Of a stretch of 64,000 nucleotides of DNA, positions 1 through 9,706 are shown piece by piece. Under the pieces are notes generated by a model. It was given only the letters and a program-made list of their open reading frames with translations. It was not told the origin of the DNA and made no database searches. A program made the translations under genes and the position numbers. This DNA comes from a virus. Lineage: Duplodnaviria > Caudoviricetes. Where the stretch lies: IMG/VR virus record IMGVR_UViG_3300010429_001883, positions 84,473 to 148,472 of that record. The stretch is one strand, 5' to 3'. How positions within the stretch are numbered: the first letter of the stretch is position 1; every line of letters starts with the position of its first letter.

Positions 1-7
1 GGAAGAC

Positions 8-358
8 ATGGGCAGAATTGAACCATATAAATTTGAACCGCCTCCGAGCGAAATACGTTTAGAGGATAAAAAGTCGGCTGTTAAGCCAAAGGATACAACT
101 CAGGAAATTTATCAGCAGAGACTGAAAGATTTAATTGATTTGTTAGATTTGATTGCTGAATTGTGTGATTATTCGGAACAACTGATTGATCAAGAAATGA
201 AAGATGTTACTTTAGTTTTTGATCCTCAGAATTTTCCCGAACTTCATGCTAGTATGAAACGACGGTTTCCTTCAGCCGATCCTACAAAAGTAACATATGA
301 ACAATATAAGGATACGTTTAACCTGATTTCTGATCTTGTTGTTAATGGGGTATGGTAA
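8..358 (+). CDS. Hypothetical protein upstream of the head module
   Basis: 116-aa ORF, overlaps the next start. No recognisable motif; upstream context is cut by the window edge. Confidence 0.6.
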   Translation: MGRIEPYKFEPPPSEIRLEDKKSAVKPKDTTQEIYQQRLKDLIDLLDLIAELCDYSEQLIDQEMKDVTLVFDPQNFPELHASMKRRFPSADPTKVTYEQYKDTFNLISDLVVNGVW

Positions 359-1539
359 TGGAAATTACTGCTAAAGTGCCGGGACTAGATTTGACCAATA
401 AAGTCATTCAAGGATCTACAGCCGCTAAAAGGTTGGGAGTTGATCGTGGCATGACTGCTGCGGACTCTTGGAATCAATTAATAAGAGGGACTTATGATTT
501 AACTTACCCGCACATTGTTGGTGATTTTAGGCATATGAAGGATGACTATCAGATTACTAAATTCTCTGTTGCTTCTATCAAAAGGAAAATTCCTGCCTTT
601 GGAAACGTGATGTCTTTGTTTCCTAATAAATTAGGTTGGAATTTGGCCCTGCCTGATCCTGTGCATGGTTTTGTAAAAAAATCAAAAGTAAGTGCTGAAA
701 CGGTTTTTGAATCAGTACAGAATATGGACTATACAACTAAGGCGGCAGAAAAACTATTTAATATCGATACCGCTGCATCAACAGCAGCTAAGGGATTATT
801 TTCTGATTTAAATAGTACTTTTCCAGATACCAGTACGAGAGTTGATCTTATTGCTGGGCTAAACCCAGACAATGTTTTAAATGCAGCGTTCTCTGACGGT
901 CAGACCGCAACGCAGTTTAGCTCTTCAACCACACAAGCCGCCCCAAGTTCCGCTGTTGATCAAGCTAAACAAAGTGTAATTACACAATTACATGAATCTA
1001 TTGATGAGGCGGTTTTTGGCGATTCAGAAGCTATGTTGCCTGCTGTTGGGTACCCAGGAAGCAATATGAATGGTTATGTTTTCTACCAAAAATCAAAGAG
1101 CAACAAATGGCTTGTTCCAAACAGTTTAAGCAGTTTAAATTCTAATAAGCTTATGGTCGTGGTATTTGATGAAGAAGGCTATGAGATTCTTTATGATGAG
1201 TTTTTTGTAGATAAAAATTATAACGTTACTTTAACTTTTGAAGAGCCTGTTATTGGCCGAGCAGTTATTTTTAGACTGGACGAAGTATATAGACCAGAAA
1301 TACCCCCAGTGGATGTTGATGAACTTTTAGAAGCTTTAAGTGAAGATGAGGCTGCTGGAGCCGCCGGAACAACTTCCCCTGTTGACACATTAGATCCGTT
1401 GGCTAACTCCCAAATTGGGCCTGATCTTAGTCAGGTTGATTTAAATGATCCAGCAACTAAAGCCAAGGTTGAAGAAGATTTGATGGGCGGTGAGACGGTT
1501 TACAAATTTGAAGATCGTGCTATGCTAAACAGGAATTAA
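352..1539 (+). CDS. Hypothetical, possibly virion-associated protein
   Basis: 395-aa ORF. Segment KWLVPNSL...MVVVFDEEG...NVTLTFEEPVIGRAVI resembles a small beta-sandwich seen in phage structural proteins; acidic C-terminus. Confidence 0.5.
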   Translation: MVMEITAKVPGLDLTNKVIQGSTAAKRLGVDRGMTAADSWNQLIRGTYDLTYPHIVGDFRHMKDDYQITKFSVASIKRKIPAFGNVMSLFPNKLGWNLALPDPVHGFVKKSKVSAETVFESVQNMDYTTKAAEKLFNIDTAASTAAKGLFSDLNSTFPDTSTRVDLIAGLNPDNVLNAAFSDGQTATQFSSSTTQAAPSSAVDQAKQSVITQLHESIDEAVFGDSEAMLPAVGYPGSNMNGYVFYQKSKSNKWLVPNSLSSLNSNKLMVVVFDEEGYEILYDEFFVDKNYNVTLTFEEPVIGRAVIFRLDEVYRPEIPPVDVDELLEALSEDEAAGAAGTTSPVDTLDPLANSQIGPDLSQVDLNDPATKAKVEEDLMGGETVYKFEDRAMLNRN

Positions 1540-1541
1540 TT

Positions 1542-2894
1542 ATGTTACCAGATAAAATATTAGCTAACGATTTAATTGTTGTTTCTAATACATATGAAAA
1601 TCAAGTAATGAACTCCGGAGAAGAGTATCAAGGAACATTTCATTTTAGCCTCCTTAAGAATCTTCGAATGCTTAAGAATACTGCTCAAACGTTGTCTGAA
1701 ACATTAAAATCTGTTCCTAGCTATGAGCCTCCTACAGAGGAAGCTGGCTCAACGACAGAGGAAACAACTGGGAGTACAACAGATGTAGCAAGCGGGGTTA
1801 GTTCTGGTTCTGTTAATTCCCTTGTTGGTGGTTCAGGCGTATCTAGAGGAAGTACCAGCGGCGGTTCTGGTGCAGGTAGTTCTGGGATAAGAGTATCTGG
1901 TTCTGGTGGTATTGGCGGTAATTTTGGAATTAGAAATGCCATAAGACGCGGATCAATAAACTCAAGAATTGCCGGACCTATTGATACTAAACTTAAAGGA
2001 ACAGTACCTGGTGATATTTTAGATACTGTTGAAAAAATTGGTAATATTAGTCTAGGTAATTTGGCAGACGTTATCGATAATTTGACAGGCAATACTGACG
2101 CCGTAAAGGCAGCCGGATGCGCGGCCACTGCTTTAAGTGTTCTTGGCATGTTTGATAGAAATATTATGGTACAAATTAATAAGGCCTTTTCTTATGCTGG
2201 AGCAGTTTCAAACATGATCTCTGCCTTTACTGCTGCTCCAATGTCATTCTTTTCATCCTTTTTCGCAGGTGGTGGTCTGTCGGCGTGCATAGACATACCA
2301 GTACTTAGTAATATTATTGGCCCTATAACTGTTGGTTTGTCTGGTGTTGGTGTTATGGGTCCACACGGGTCTTTAGTATCCGCTGCCGCTTCGGCATCTA
2401 TGTATGGTAATATGCCATTACTTAGACAACTAAAAAGAGTAAGTGCCTTGGCCAGCGGAGTTGCCAATGCCTGTACTGGAAGTCCAGATAATCCTATAAG
2501 CCAACTTCTAGAAAAGAGCACAACAGAAATGGATAGGCTGTCTCAGCTATTTAAAGATGAAGTAGCTAAATTTTCAGATGTACTTAATAAAGGAATGAAA
2601 ACAATCAACGACCAAATAAGTGATATAGGAACTAATTATTTATTTAACAAAATGTCAGACAGTGCGACAAATGATTTTAATTCTTCTGCAAACATTCAAG
2701 CACCCGCCGGCGGAAACATTAATATAAGTGCTGGTAGTTTATTACAAACATTTGGTATATTCCCTCCTACATCTAGTTCAACTAACAGGAAACTAGATTA
2801 TTTCAGTACCAAACCAAAAACAGGTAAAGCTGCTGGCAGAATAAAAAGCACATTACAATTATCTGGTACGACTACTAAGCTTTCGTTGAGGTAA
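1542..2894 (+). CDS. Hypothetical Gly/Ser-rich protein with hydrophobic segments
   Basis: 450-aa ORF with a G/S low-complexity stretch and apolar helices; immediately precedes the portal. Confidence 0.55.
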   Translation: MLPDKILANDLIVVSNTYENQVMNSGEEYQGTFHFSLLKNLRMLKNTAQTLSETLKSVPSYEPPTEEAGSTTEETTGSTTDVASGVSSGSVNSLVGGSGVSRGSTSGGSGAGSSGIRVSGSGGIGGNFGIRNAIRRGSINSRIAGPIDTKLKGTVPGDILDTVEKIGNISLGNLADVIDNLTGNTDAVKAAGCAATALSVLGMFDRNIMVQINKAFSYAGAVSNMISAFTAAPMSFFSSFFAGGGLSACIDIPVLSNIIGPITVGLSGVGVMGPHGSLVSAAASASMYGNMPLLRQLKRVSALASGVANACTGSPDNPISQLLEKSTTEMDRLSQLFKDEVAKFSDVLNKGMKTINDQISDIGTNYLFNKMSDSATNDFNSSANIQAPAGGNINISAGSLLQTFGIFPPTSSSTNRKLDYFSTKPKTGKAAGRIKSTLQLSGTTTKLSLR

Positions 2895-2897
2895 ATT

Positions 2898-4595
2898 ATG
2901 GAAAACAATGATAACAATGATGAGATAACTGCTGTAGCAGCATACGATCAGCTACTAGAAACAAAGTTGATGGAACCCCATTCATTTGAGAATGGTCGTT
3001 TGGTTGTTGTGCGAAGAACCGATTTTATGGATAAAGTGTCAATGCGTTCTATCACTAAACCAGATTATGTTGATAGGGGATCTTTTTATTTTAAGTATGA
3101 TAGAGAGCGGATAGTAAACCCTGAATTTGATTTTCAGCAAGTATTTACTTATTACCATAATGAGCCTCTAATTGAGAGGGCAATATCTAAACGTGTTAGT
3201 TTAATGTTCAAGAATGGTTGGAAGATAGTAGGTAAGGATAAGAGCCTAGTAAAGCAAATCAATGAAAGGTTTTTTGAGAAATGCTTGATTAGTGGTAAGA
3301 CTCCTACTAGTTTTCTTATTGAGTTATGTGAATTATTGCTTAGGTATAGCAATGCATTCATTTATAAGAAAAGAGTAGCTTCTGAAGAAACCAATGAATC
3401 GGGTGTTGTTTATAAGGTTGGTAAAAAAATAATTAAACCTACAACTACTTACCAACTTATAAGCCCGCTTGTGATGAAGCCAAAATTAGATAAAGATGGC
3501 AGAATCATTCAATGGCTTCAATATTCTGTTGATAAGTCCAGAGAAGTTGCTAAATATAACCCGAACGATATAATTCATTTGCATATGAATAGGGAAACAG
3601 GGTTTATATTCGGTAAGCCAAAGATTTTATCAATAGTTCAAGATGTTGATGCTCTTAGAAGAATAGAAGAAAACGTGCAAATGCTTATTGCTATTCACTT
3701 GTTTCCTCTGTATCAGTATATAGTAGGTACTGAAGAGCGTCCTGCAAAAATTCTTCCCAACGGCACAACGGAAGTAGATGCAGTTCAAGAAATGGTAGAA
3801 TCTCTTCCTACTCAGGGCGTTATTTTTACACCAGAGCGGCATAAAATTCAGGCAGTATCCACAGATAGTGTTATGGATGTAAACCCATACCTGAGTTATT
3901 TTAAGAATAGATTGTATACTGGTTTGGGTGTTTCTAGTGTCGACATGGGCGAAGGCGATACTTCTAATAGAGGGACAGCAGTTACTATTTCTCAAGCATT
4001 GAAAGATTCAATCGGCTTTGATCAAACACTGATTTCTGAAATGCTCAACGCTACAATACTTAAGGATATTATTTTAGAAATTCCAGGGACAAAGAACGAA
4101 CTTGTTCAGTTATTAATGAGCACCAACTTCAGATTCTTAACTATTGATGTTGATGAGAAAATAAAGAAAGAAACACATGCTCAGGCTCTATATAATTCTG
4201 GGGCAATTTCCCACAATGAGATGAGAGACGCCGTTAACCAAGATCCTTGGGTTAGTGAGCAAGATCTTATTGATAATACTACGACTGGAATTAAGTTTAA
4301 ATTCCAAGTTGTGTTGGCAGAGCTAGCAGCCAAACTTAAGTCGCAAATGACTACAGCTTCGGCTGGAGGTACAGAACCGAAGACCTCTGCAGCTAAATCC
4401 TCTGCATCCACTGAAAGATACACAAGTAACATACTTAGGCCCGAAAATGCACAAGGAAAGAAGCTTGATCCTAAAAGACTTACCAATAGTTTGGATTGGT
4501 CGGCGTTTGGCCTAGATGCGGAAACTGATTCAGATAAGATTAACACAATCTCGGAATGGCTTATAGAAGAGATAGATAAGATCTTTTTAACTTAA
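2898..4595 (+). CDS. Portal protein
   Basis: 565 aa; portal-like sequence (ERAISKRVSLMFKNGW, LLRYSNAFIYK, DIIHLHMNRETGFIFGKP, LYTGLGVS); position just before protease and capsid genes. Confidence 0.85.
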   Translation: MENNDNNDEITAVAAYDQLLETKLMEPHSFENGRLVVVRRTDFMDKVSMRSITKPDYVDRGSFYFKYDRERIVNPEFDFQQVFTYYHNEPLIERAISKRVSLMFKNGWKIVGKDKSLVKQINERFFEKCLISGKTPTSFLIELCELLLRYSNAFIYKKRVASEETNESGVVYKVGKKIIKPTTTYQLISPLVMKPKLDKDGRIIQWLQYSVDKSREVAKYNPNDIIHLHMNRETGFIFGKPKILSIVQDVDALRRIEENVQMLIAIHLFPLYQYIVGTEERPAKILPNGTTEVDAVQEMVESLPTQGVIFTPERHKIQAVSTDSVMDVNPYLSYFKNRLYTGLGVSSVDMGEGDTSNRGTAVTISQALKDSIGFDQTLISEMLNATILKDIILEIPGTKNELVQLLMSTNFRFLTIDVDEKIKKETHAQALYNSGAISHNEMRDAVNQDPWVSEQDLIDNTTTGIKFKFQVVLAELAAKLKSQMTTASAGGTEPKTSAAKSSASTERYTSNILRPENAQGKKLDPKRLTNSLDWSAFGLDAETDSDKINTISEWLIEEIDKIFLT

Positions 4596-4615
4596 AATTC
4601 AAATTTTGAATTTTA
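4593..4615. promoter_or_regulatory. Perfect 11-bp inverted repeat with 1-nt spacer (operator-like)
   Basis: TAAAATTCAAA-T-TTTGAATTTTA at the end of the portal gene. Confidence 0.4.
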
Positions 4616-4637
4616 TCTAGAATCTTTTTAAATTACT

Positions 4638-4644
4638 ATACTAT
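4638..4644 (+). promoter_or_regulatory. Candidate late-promoter element ATACTAT
   Basis: Same heptamer recurs in intergenic gaps at 8942, 14151 and 37100. Confidence 0.45.
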
Positions 4645-4647
4645 GAG

Positions 4648-4677
4648 AGCGTACACTTTGTTGTACGCTTATTTTTT
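4648..4677 (+). terminator. Hairpin with T-tract upstream of the protease gene (terminator or attenuator-like)
   Basis: AGCGTACA-CTTTGT-TGTACGCT followed by TATTTTTT. Confidence 0.45.
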
Positions 4678-4689
4678 ATGGAGGGCGAG

Positions 4690-6624
4690 ATGGCCGATAA
4701 AATTATATTACCAAGTTTTATGGATACGATTGAAGCGGAGTTGAACAAAGATGATGCCAACCTTGCGTGGAAGAACTTTAAACAACAGGATAGTTCTAAT
4801 GTTGTTAGGGGCCTTTATGTAAAGGCAGTTGCTACTCACGCAGATAAAATAATTAATGGTCGTATATATGTCAGAGATAGGGTTGCTGCTGGTAGCCAGA
4901 CATTTATAAAGCCATTTCCTAAGCCAGTTTCTAAACAACATTCTGATGCAGATCCAATTGGTAGGGTTATAGAGCAAAAGTTTATTGATACAATTGATCT
5001 GTTGGGGCCTAAGTTTTACTCATTTAAACAGCTTACTTCTAAAGTACATCGGGATAAGTACATAGATTTTTTAGCTGATAACGTTCTTTTTAAAGACAAT
5101 AATTTAGGCACCGGTTACATTGAATTAGGTATGGACATCACAGATAAAGAAGCAATTGAAAAAGTTATGGATGAACGATACCTTACAATGTCAATTGAAT
5201 TTGATACAGATCACTATTATTGTAGTGCTTGTTATGCCGACTGGAAGGCTGGGGAAGTGTGTGAGCACCGGCCAGGTCAGGTTGTTGAGGAGCGCCCTGT
5301 TTTCAATATTACAGATAAGTTGATTTATAAGGGTATTGATTTTGTCAATAAGCCTGCCGACGACGGTTCAATTGTTATTCATAAGGGCGAAAAGCCGGCG
5401 CATGTTGATGCCTATGTTTTACGAACTTATGAAGATAAAATGACTTATTTTAAAGATCACCTGGAGGATTTTAGTATGTTTAAACAACTATTAGAGGGTT
5501 TAAAGGCCGGAGAGAAAATTAGTATAGATTCCCTTTGGGAAGCCGAAGATTTTAATAGCTATGAGCTTTATAAATTTCTTGGTATTGATGAGAAGCATCA
5601 ATTAACAGAAGAGGGCTACGCCGCACTACCTAAATCTAAATATTGTGGTTTTGGTAACTCGTTGCCAATTGTGGACTCTGTTCACTTTAATGCCATTAAA
5701 GAGTTTCTTAAACTATTTGGGCCTAGTGATGGAGTTAGCAAGGTTCGCAATCGTGCTTACTATGAAGCACAAAAACTTGGACTACTTCCTTCTTCTGAAG
5801 TAACGATTGAGTTAGCTACCGGTGCTGACAATGCCAATGAAACTTGGTCTATTAAATCAAACGACGATGTAGCTAAACTTTGCCATAAGCTGTGGGAAAC
5901 AAACATTGATTCTGAAATACCAGAGCAAGTTAAACAGAGAATGCTGATCCTAAATCTAGATGCCGAAGAGCTTAAGAATCAGTTTGTTGAACAAAAAGCA
6001 GCCCAAGACAGTGCTGAGGTCGAAGAGACCAAAACAGAAGAGGAAACAAAGGAAGAGATAAAAGAAGAGATTCAAGAGCAAGCCGATAGTGCTGAGCCCA
6101 AAGATGATACTGAACAGAAAAAGGAAACTTCTGTAAATGATTTGTATACTATTTTTACGAGTTTGGGAGAAGACCAGCAATGTGAGTTTCGCTCTTTGAT
6201 AGGAATGGATTCCAATATTGTTCAGCTTGAAGATAAGATAGGGGCCCTTCAAGCTGAGTTGGAAAAAACAAATAAAGAGCTAGAAGTTCTTAAAGCAGAG
6301 TATGAAAATAAAACAAAAGAGATTTTGGATTACCATTCTGCTTTAGCAAGCGCTGTTGTTGACCTAAGGATGATTTCAAGGAAACCTGAAACAACTAAGG
6401 ACAATTACTCAAGAGAAACAGCAACGAAAGAATTTGCCGGTAGAACAAAAAGCTCATTAATCGATTCTTTGAAGGATTTAAGATCTGAACTTTTCGATCC
6501 CTCAGATGAAGGGGCACCTGAAGAGACCGGAAAAGATGCCGTTGTTGCCAAAGTTAAAGAAGGGCTTGGTAATGCGGTTGATCAGAGTGAATTCTTTAAG
6601 ATTTTTAGACAACGGAATTATTAA
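4690..6624 (+). CDS. Prohead maturation protease fused to an acidic coiled-coil scaffold region
   Basis: N-terminal protease-like motifs (ATHA...INGRIY, KPVSKQH...PIGRV, RYLTMSI, CSAC...CEH, IDFVNKPADD); Glu/Lys-rich coiled-coil C-terminus; between portal and capsid. Start placed at ATG 4690 behind GGAGG (4680-4684); ORF track starts at 4678. Confidence 0.8.
   Translation: MADKIILPSFMDTIEAELNKDDANLAWKNFKQQDSSNVVRGLYVKAVATHADKIINGRIYVRDRVAAGSQTFIKPFPKPVSKQHSDADPIGRVIEQKFIDTIDLLGPKFYSFKQLTSKVHRDKYIDFLADNVLFKDNNLGTGYIELGMDITDKEAIEKVMDERYLTMSIEFDTDHYYCSACYADWKAGEVCEHRPGQVVEERPVFNITDKLIYKGIDFVNKPADDGSIVIHKGEKPAHVDAYVLRTYEDKMTYFKDHLEDFSMFKQLLEGLKAGEKISIDSLWEAEDFNSYELYKFLGIDEKHQLTEEGYAALPKSKYCGFGNSLPIVDSVHFNAIKEFLKLFGPSDGVSKVRNRAYYEAQKLGLLPSSEVTIELATGADNANETWSIKSNDDVAKLCHKLWETNIDSEIPEQVKQRMLILNLDAEELKNQFVEQKAAQDSAEVEETKTEEETKEEIKEEIQEQADSAEPKDDTEQKKETSVNDLYTIFTSLGEDQQCEFRSLIGMDSNIVQLEDKIGALQAELEKTNKELEVLKAEYENKTKEILDYHSALASAVVDLRMISRKPETTKDNYSRETATKEFAGRTKSSLIDSLKDLRSELFDPSDEGAPEETGKDAVVAKVKEGLGNAVDQSEFFKIFRQRNY
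5476..6624 (+). CDS. Putative nested in-frame scaffold protein (internal start, 382 aa)
   Basis: GGAGG at 5463-5467, then an in-frame ATG at 5476 right after the protease domain. Confidence 0.5.
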   Translation: MFKQLLEGLKAGEKISIDSLWEAEDFNSYELYKFLGIDEKHQLTEEGYAALPKSKYCGFGNSLPIVDSVHFNAIKEFLKLFGPSDGVSKVRNRAYYEAQKLGLLPSSEVTIELATGADNANETWSIKSNDDVAKLCHKLWETNIDSEIPEQVKQRMLILNLDAEELKNQFVEQKAAQDSAEVEETKTEEETKEEIKEEIQEQADSAEPKDDTEQKKETSVNDLYTIFTSLGEDQQCEFRSLIGMDSNIVQLEDKIGALQAELEKTNKELEVLKAEYENKTKEILDYHSALASAVVDLRMISRKPETTKDNYSRETATKEFAGRTKSSLIDSLKDLRSELFDPSDEGAPEETGKDAVVAKVKEGLGNAVDQSEFFKIFRQRNY

Positions 6625-6644
6625 TTCTGCTATGGAGGATTTAA

Positions 6645-7580
6645 ATGGCTAGAAATACTTACGGACAGTATACCGCAACTTCACTAACACCTGTGGGGCG
6701 CGGTGAAACAACTCCTGGCGTTGAATTGTGCGAATCAGTAGTGCCCTGGATTGGTAGTAGAGCACTACCGGCTCCATGGCTCCCCATTAAGCGTTGGGAT
6801 GAGCATGCCAAAAGCGGCGTGGTTATCTCAGTAGGTGTGGCTGTTGGTTATGATATTAATGGTTATCTTGTTCCCGCCGGCATGGTTGGGGGCACAACCA
6901 CAGTTACTTATACTTCTTATGACGTAGATATGGGCGTCATCAACGTTGCGGACGGAGAGCCTGTCGAAACTGGTGACATCGGAAGTGTAACAGTTCCTTC
7001 AGGTCTATTGGGAGGCACTAGCGGGGTTATTCCTGTTGGTTTTGCTTCTTATAATTATTATCAACATCTCGGTGGGTTTACAGCTACTGGTACATATGCT
7101 TCTGATTATGGGTATACAGTAGATAATGACAATCCCATCAAGTATAGACTACACAACACATCTAAAGAAGATCTAGTTGCATTTACTTGTGACTATGTAA
7201 TTGAAGTACCTTGGATTGGTACGGCTGAAGATTCTATCTCTGGACTAACTACTAAGGCTTTGTCCTATGCTCACGCATATGGCACATTCTCTTATGGTGG
7301 GTTTGTGAAGGTCGATGCAAAGGGTATGTATATTCCTTCAACTACAAATTATGATAATTTGTTTGTTGGTCAGGTTCTTGGTTACAGAACATACCCTGCT
7401 GACGCTCTAAACAGAGTAAAGACGGCGTATGAAGGCGCGACTAATACTAGCTGGTCAATGCCCGGCAGTGCTACTGGTGGTGTGCCGAGAGCTATTCATT
7501 TAGCTACTGATGGCGCTTACTATGGCGGAGATACAACTTCTCGTGCCTGCACCAGCATAATCATTAATTTCCAGAAGTAA
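6645..7580 (+). CDS. Head decoration or minor capsid protein
   Basis: 311 aa, Gly/Thr-rich beta protein directly before the major capsid gene; GGAGG RBS. Confidence 0.65.
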   Translation: MARNTYGQYTATSLTPVGRGETTPGVELCESVVPWIGSRALPAPWLPIKRWDEHAKSGVVISVGVAVGYDINGYLVPAGMVGGTTTVTYTSYDVDMGVINVADGEPVETGDIGSVTVPSGLLGGTSGVIPVGFASYNYYQHLGGFTATGTYASDYGYTVDNDNPIKYRLHNTSKEDLVAFTCDYVIEVPWIGTAEDSISGLTTKALSYAHAYGTFSYGGFVKVDAKGMYIPSTTNYDNLFVGQVLGYRTYPADALNRVKTAYEGATNTSWSMPGSATGGVPRAIHLATDGAYYGGDTTSRACTSIIINFQK

Positions 7581-7597
7581 TGGAGGGGTGTATAATT

Positions 7598-8881
7598 ATG
7601 AACGGCAACTTTAAAGACTACGAGGATTATCAGAATCAGTACGCCCAAATGAAGCACATCTGGGCAACCAACGGGTTCGATTTTGATCCCGTTGATAAGC
7701 GGCCCCTTCCGAAGCGTCTATCCCTGAAGGATACTTTGGCATTACCTAATGCCACTTTTTTGATTCCACAGGTATTGACTGAATTTGTCAGAGAGGGCAT
7801 TGAACCTCTGCTTGTTGGTCCTTCGCTACTGCGGAGAATTGATTATAAAGCAGGCATGACAATTAGCTTCCCCGCCATTGGCGGTATGGCTGCTGCTGAT
7901 TTGGCTCCTGGACAAGAATTTCCGGAATACGGGCCAGACTTGGCCGGCGCTGAACAGACAGAGATCAAGATCTCCAAAAGCGGTCTTGCTCTAAAGTTCC
8001 TAGACGATATAATCGAACAGGATAACTTTGGTCTTATTAGACTCTGGGTTCAGTTGGCTGGTAATGCTTTGGCTCGGCACAAGGAAGTCAAAATTTTCAA
8101 CTATATCGATGCGTCTGGTGTAACACTTTACAACAACGCGACAACTCCTGCTACCTATGAAACACCAATGATTGGTAAAACAACCGGTCGTAATGCTGCT
8201 GGTGCTTTCAATGGTACTCTAACTCATGACGACTTCTTCGAGGCAGTTGCTTTTGGGATGTCTCAGGGTTATGTGTATAATACGGTTCTTATGCACCCAT
8301 TGACTTGGTCAATGTGGGTTAAGGACCCATATATGCGGGCGTTTGCTCTGCAGGCCGGCCGTCCAGATTTCTTCCAAAACTGGACAGGCAACCGCGCAGT
8401 AAAGGGCAACAATTGGAATGATCCTATCCAGGAACTTGGTCCTACCGCTCCTGGTCAGAATGTGACATATGGTTCAGAACTCTCAACCATGCCACAGTGG
8501 CTGAACACTGCTCCGCAGTTCCCCAGCTACTTCCCATTCCCGATGACAATAATAGTGTCACCGTTTATGCCTATCACTGAAACAACAGATTCCTATGGGA
8601 ATAAGATGAAGCTAACTGACATCATCCTATTTGATCGTAGCAATCTTGGTGCTCTCGTTGTGAAAGACGAGATTCAGACAGCGGAGTGGAAAGAACCTTT
8701 CCGCGATGTAACCAAGATGAAGATCTGGGAATCCTATGCAATCGCTATTTTGAATCAGGGCCAAGGAATTGGCGTACTACGCAATATCCGCGTTGATTCT
8801 AATCAGCTGGTGCTACCTGCTCAGACTACACTCGATGTTTCTAGCATCCTAGCCACCACTGGTTGGACAGGTTTCGCATAA
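7598..8881 (+). CDS. Major capsid protein (HK97 fold expected)
   Basis: LIPQVLTEFVREGIEP, KISKSGLALKF...IIEQDNFGLI...AGNALARHKE, NTVLMHPLTW; followed by a strong terminator. Likely start ATG 7598 behind GGAGG; ORF track starts at 7580. Confidence 0.85.
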   Translation: MNGNFKDYEDYQNQYAQMKHIWATNGFDFDPVDKRPLPKRLSLKDTLALPNATFLIPQVLTEFVREGIEPLLVGPSLLRRIDYKAGMTISFPAIGGMAAADLAPGQEFPEYGPDLAGAEQTEIKISKSGLALKFLDDIIEQDNFGLIRLWVQLAGNALARHKEVKIFNYIDASGVTLYNNATTPATYETPMIGKTTGRNAAGAFNGTLTHDDFFEAVAFGMSQGYVYNTVLMHPLTWSMWVKDPYMRAFALQAGRPDFFQNWTGNRAVKGNNWNDPIQELGPTAPGQNVTYGSELSTMPQWLNTAPQFPSYFPFPMTIIVSPFMPITETTDSYGNKMKLTDIILFDRSNLGALVVKDEIQTAEWKEPFRDVTKMKIWESYAIAILNQGQGIGVLRNIRVDSNQLVLPAQTTLDVSSILATTGWTGFA

Positions 8882-8904
8882 GTCTAACTAACTCAAGTTA
8901 ATAT

Positions 8905-8937
8905 AAAAGGCGGCACTAGTTGCCGCCTTTTTATTTT
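8905..8937 (+). terminator. Intrinsic terminator after the major capsid gene
   Basis: AAAAGGCGGCA-CTAGT-TGCCGCCTTTT followed by TATTTT. Confidence 0.85.
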
Positions 8938-8941
8938 GAGT

Positions 8942-8948
8942 ATACTAT
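8942..8948 (+). promoter_or_regulatory. Candidate late-promoter element ATACTAT
   Basis: Directly after the terminator, 30 nt before the next ATG; TTGCCG lies 17 nt upstream of TACTAT. Confidence 0.45.
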
Positions 8949-8978
8949 TCTTTTGACCCCAAAAGGGAGGAAAAATAG

Positions 8979-9704
8979 ATGAGTTTAACCATTGTTTCAA
9001 ATTCCCCAGCAGATGGCGCAGTTGACGTTGTATTAAGAACTAAGATAACAATAACTTTTAGTGAAGCTGTTGTATCTGCATCAATTAATGATGATACGGT
9101 TGTTGTGTATAGTGCTGGCAGCACCGTCTACCGAGATATTGGTGGTAGCCTGCCTTATGACGCGGATAGTGTATCCGATAGTTATTTAGATACAGATTTT
9201 GTTGAAGGTACTTTAACAGTTACTGGAGCAATTGTAGAATTTACACCCGATAAGCCATTTAAAACAAACACAGTTTATACGATACTGGTGGCTGGTTTTG
9301 ATACTAGCATAGAAGATTATAAATATGTTGAGGCTACTGGTGGTGACTTTTTGTCCGAGACCGTTAGATGGTCTTTTACAACAGGGCAACTTGATATTGC
9401 TACTCCTCCTGATTCTGCTGTACCTATAGATTATGATTCTTTGATTGAAGCAATCAGCGAACTAGATGATTCTTCTGTATCCTCAACTGCAACCGTATCC
9501 GTTAGCCCAACTAACGGATCATACGGTACAATAATAGTTAATGATACTTTATTTACATTCACTTTTGATAATGATGTAGATTTATCTAGTGTTGATGCTT
9601 CTGTTTATGTAACGGATTACGATGATCCACAACGCAGACGGTATTCCATACCTGTTAAATTTGAACTAGAGGGCACTAAAATATTAAGGGTTAAAATGGT
9701 GTAA
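8979..9704 (+). CDS. Ig-like (Big_5/SbsA-type) virion protein
   Basis: SNSPADGAVDV...ITITFSEAV...FTPDKPF..NTVYTILV...WSFTTG signature. Confidence 0.75.
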   Translation: MSLTIVSNSPADGAVDVVLRTKITITFSEAVVSASINDDTVVVYSAGSTVYRDIGGSLPYDADSVSDSYLDTDFVEGTLTVTGAIVEFTPDKPFKTNTVYTILVAGFDTSIEDYKYVEATGGDFLSETVRWSFTTGQLDIATPPDSAVPIDYDSLIEAISELDDSSVSSTATVSVSPTNGSYGTIIVNDTLFTFTFDNDVDLSSVDASVYVTDYDDPQRRRYSIPVKFELEGTKILRVKMV

Positions 9705-9706
9705 CT

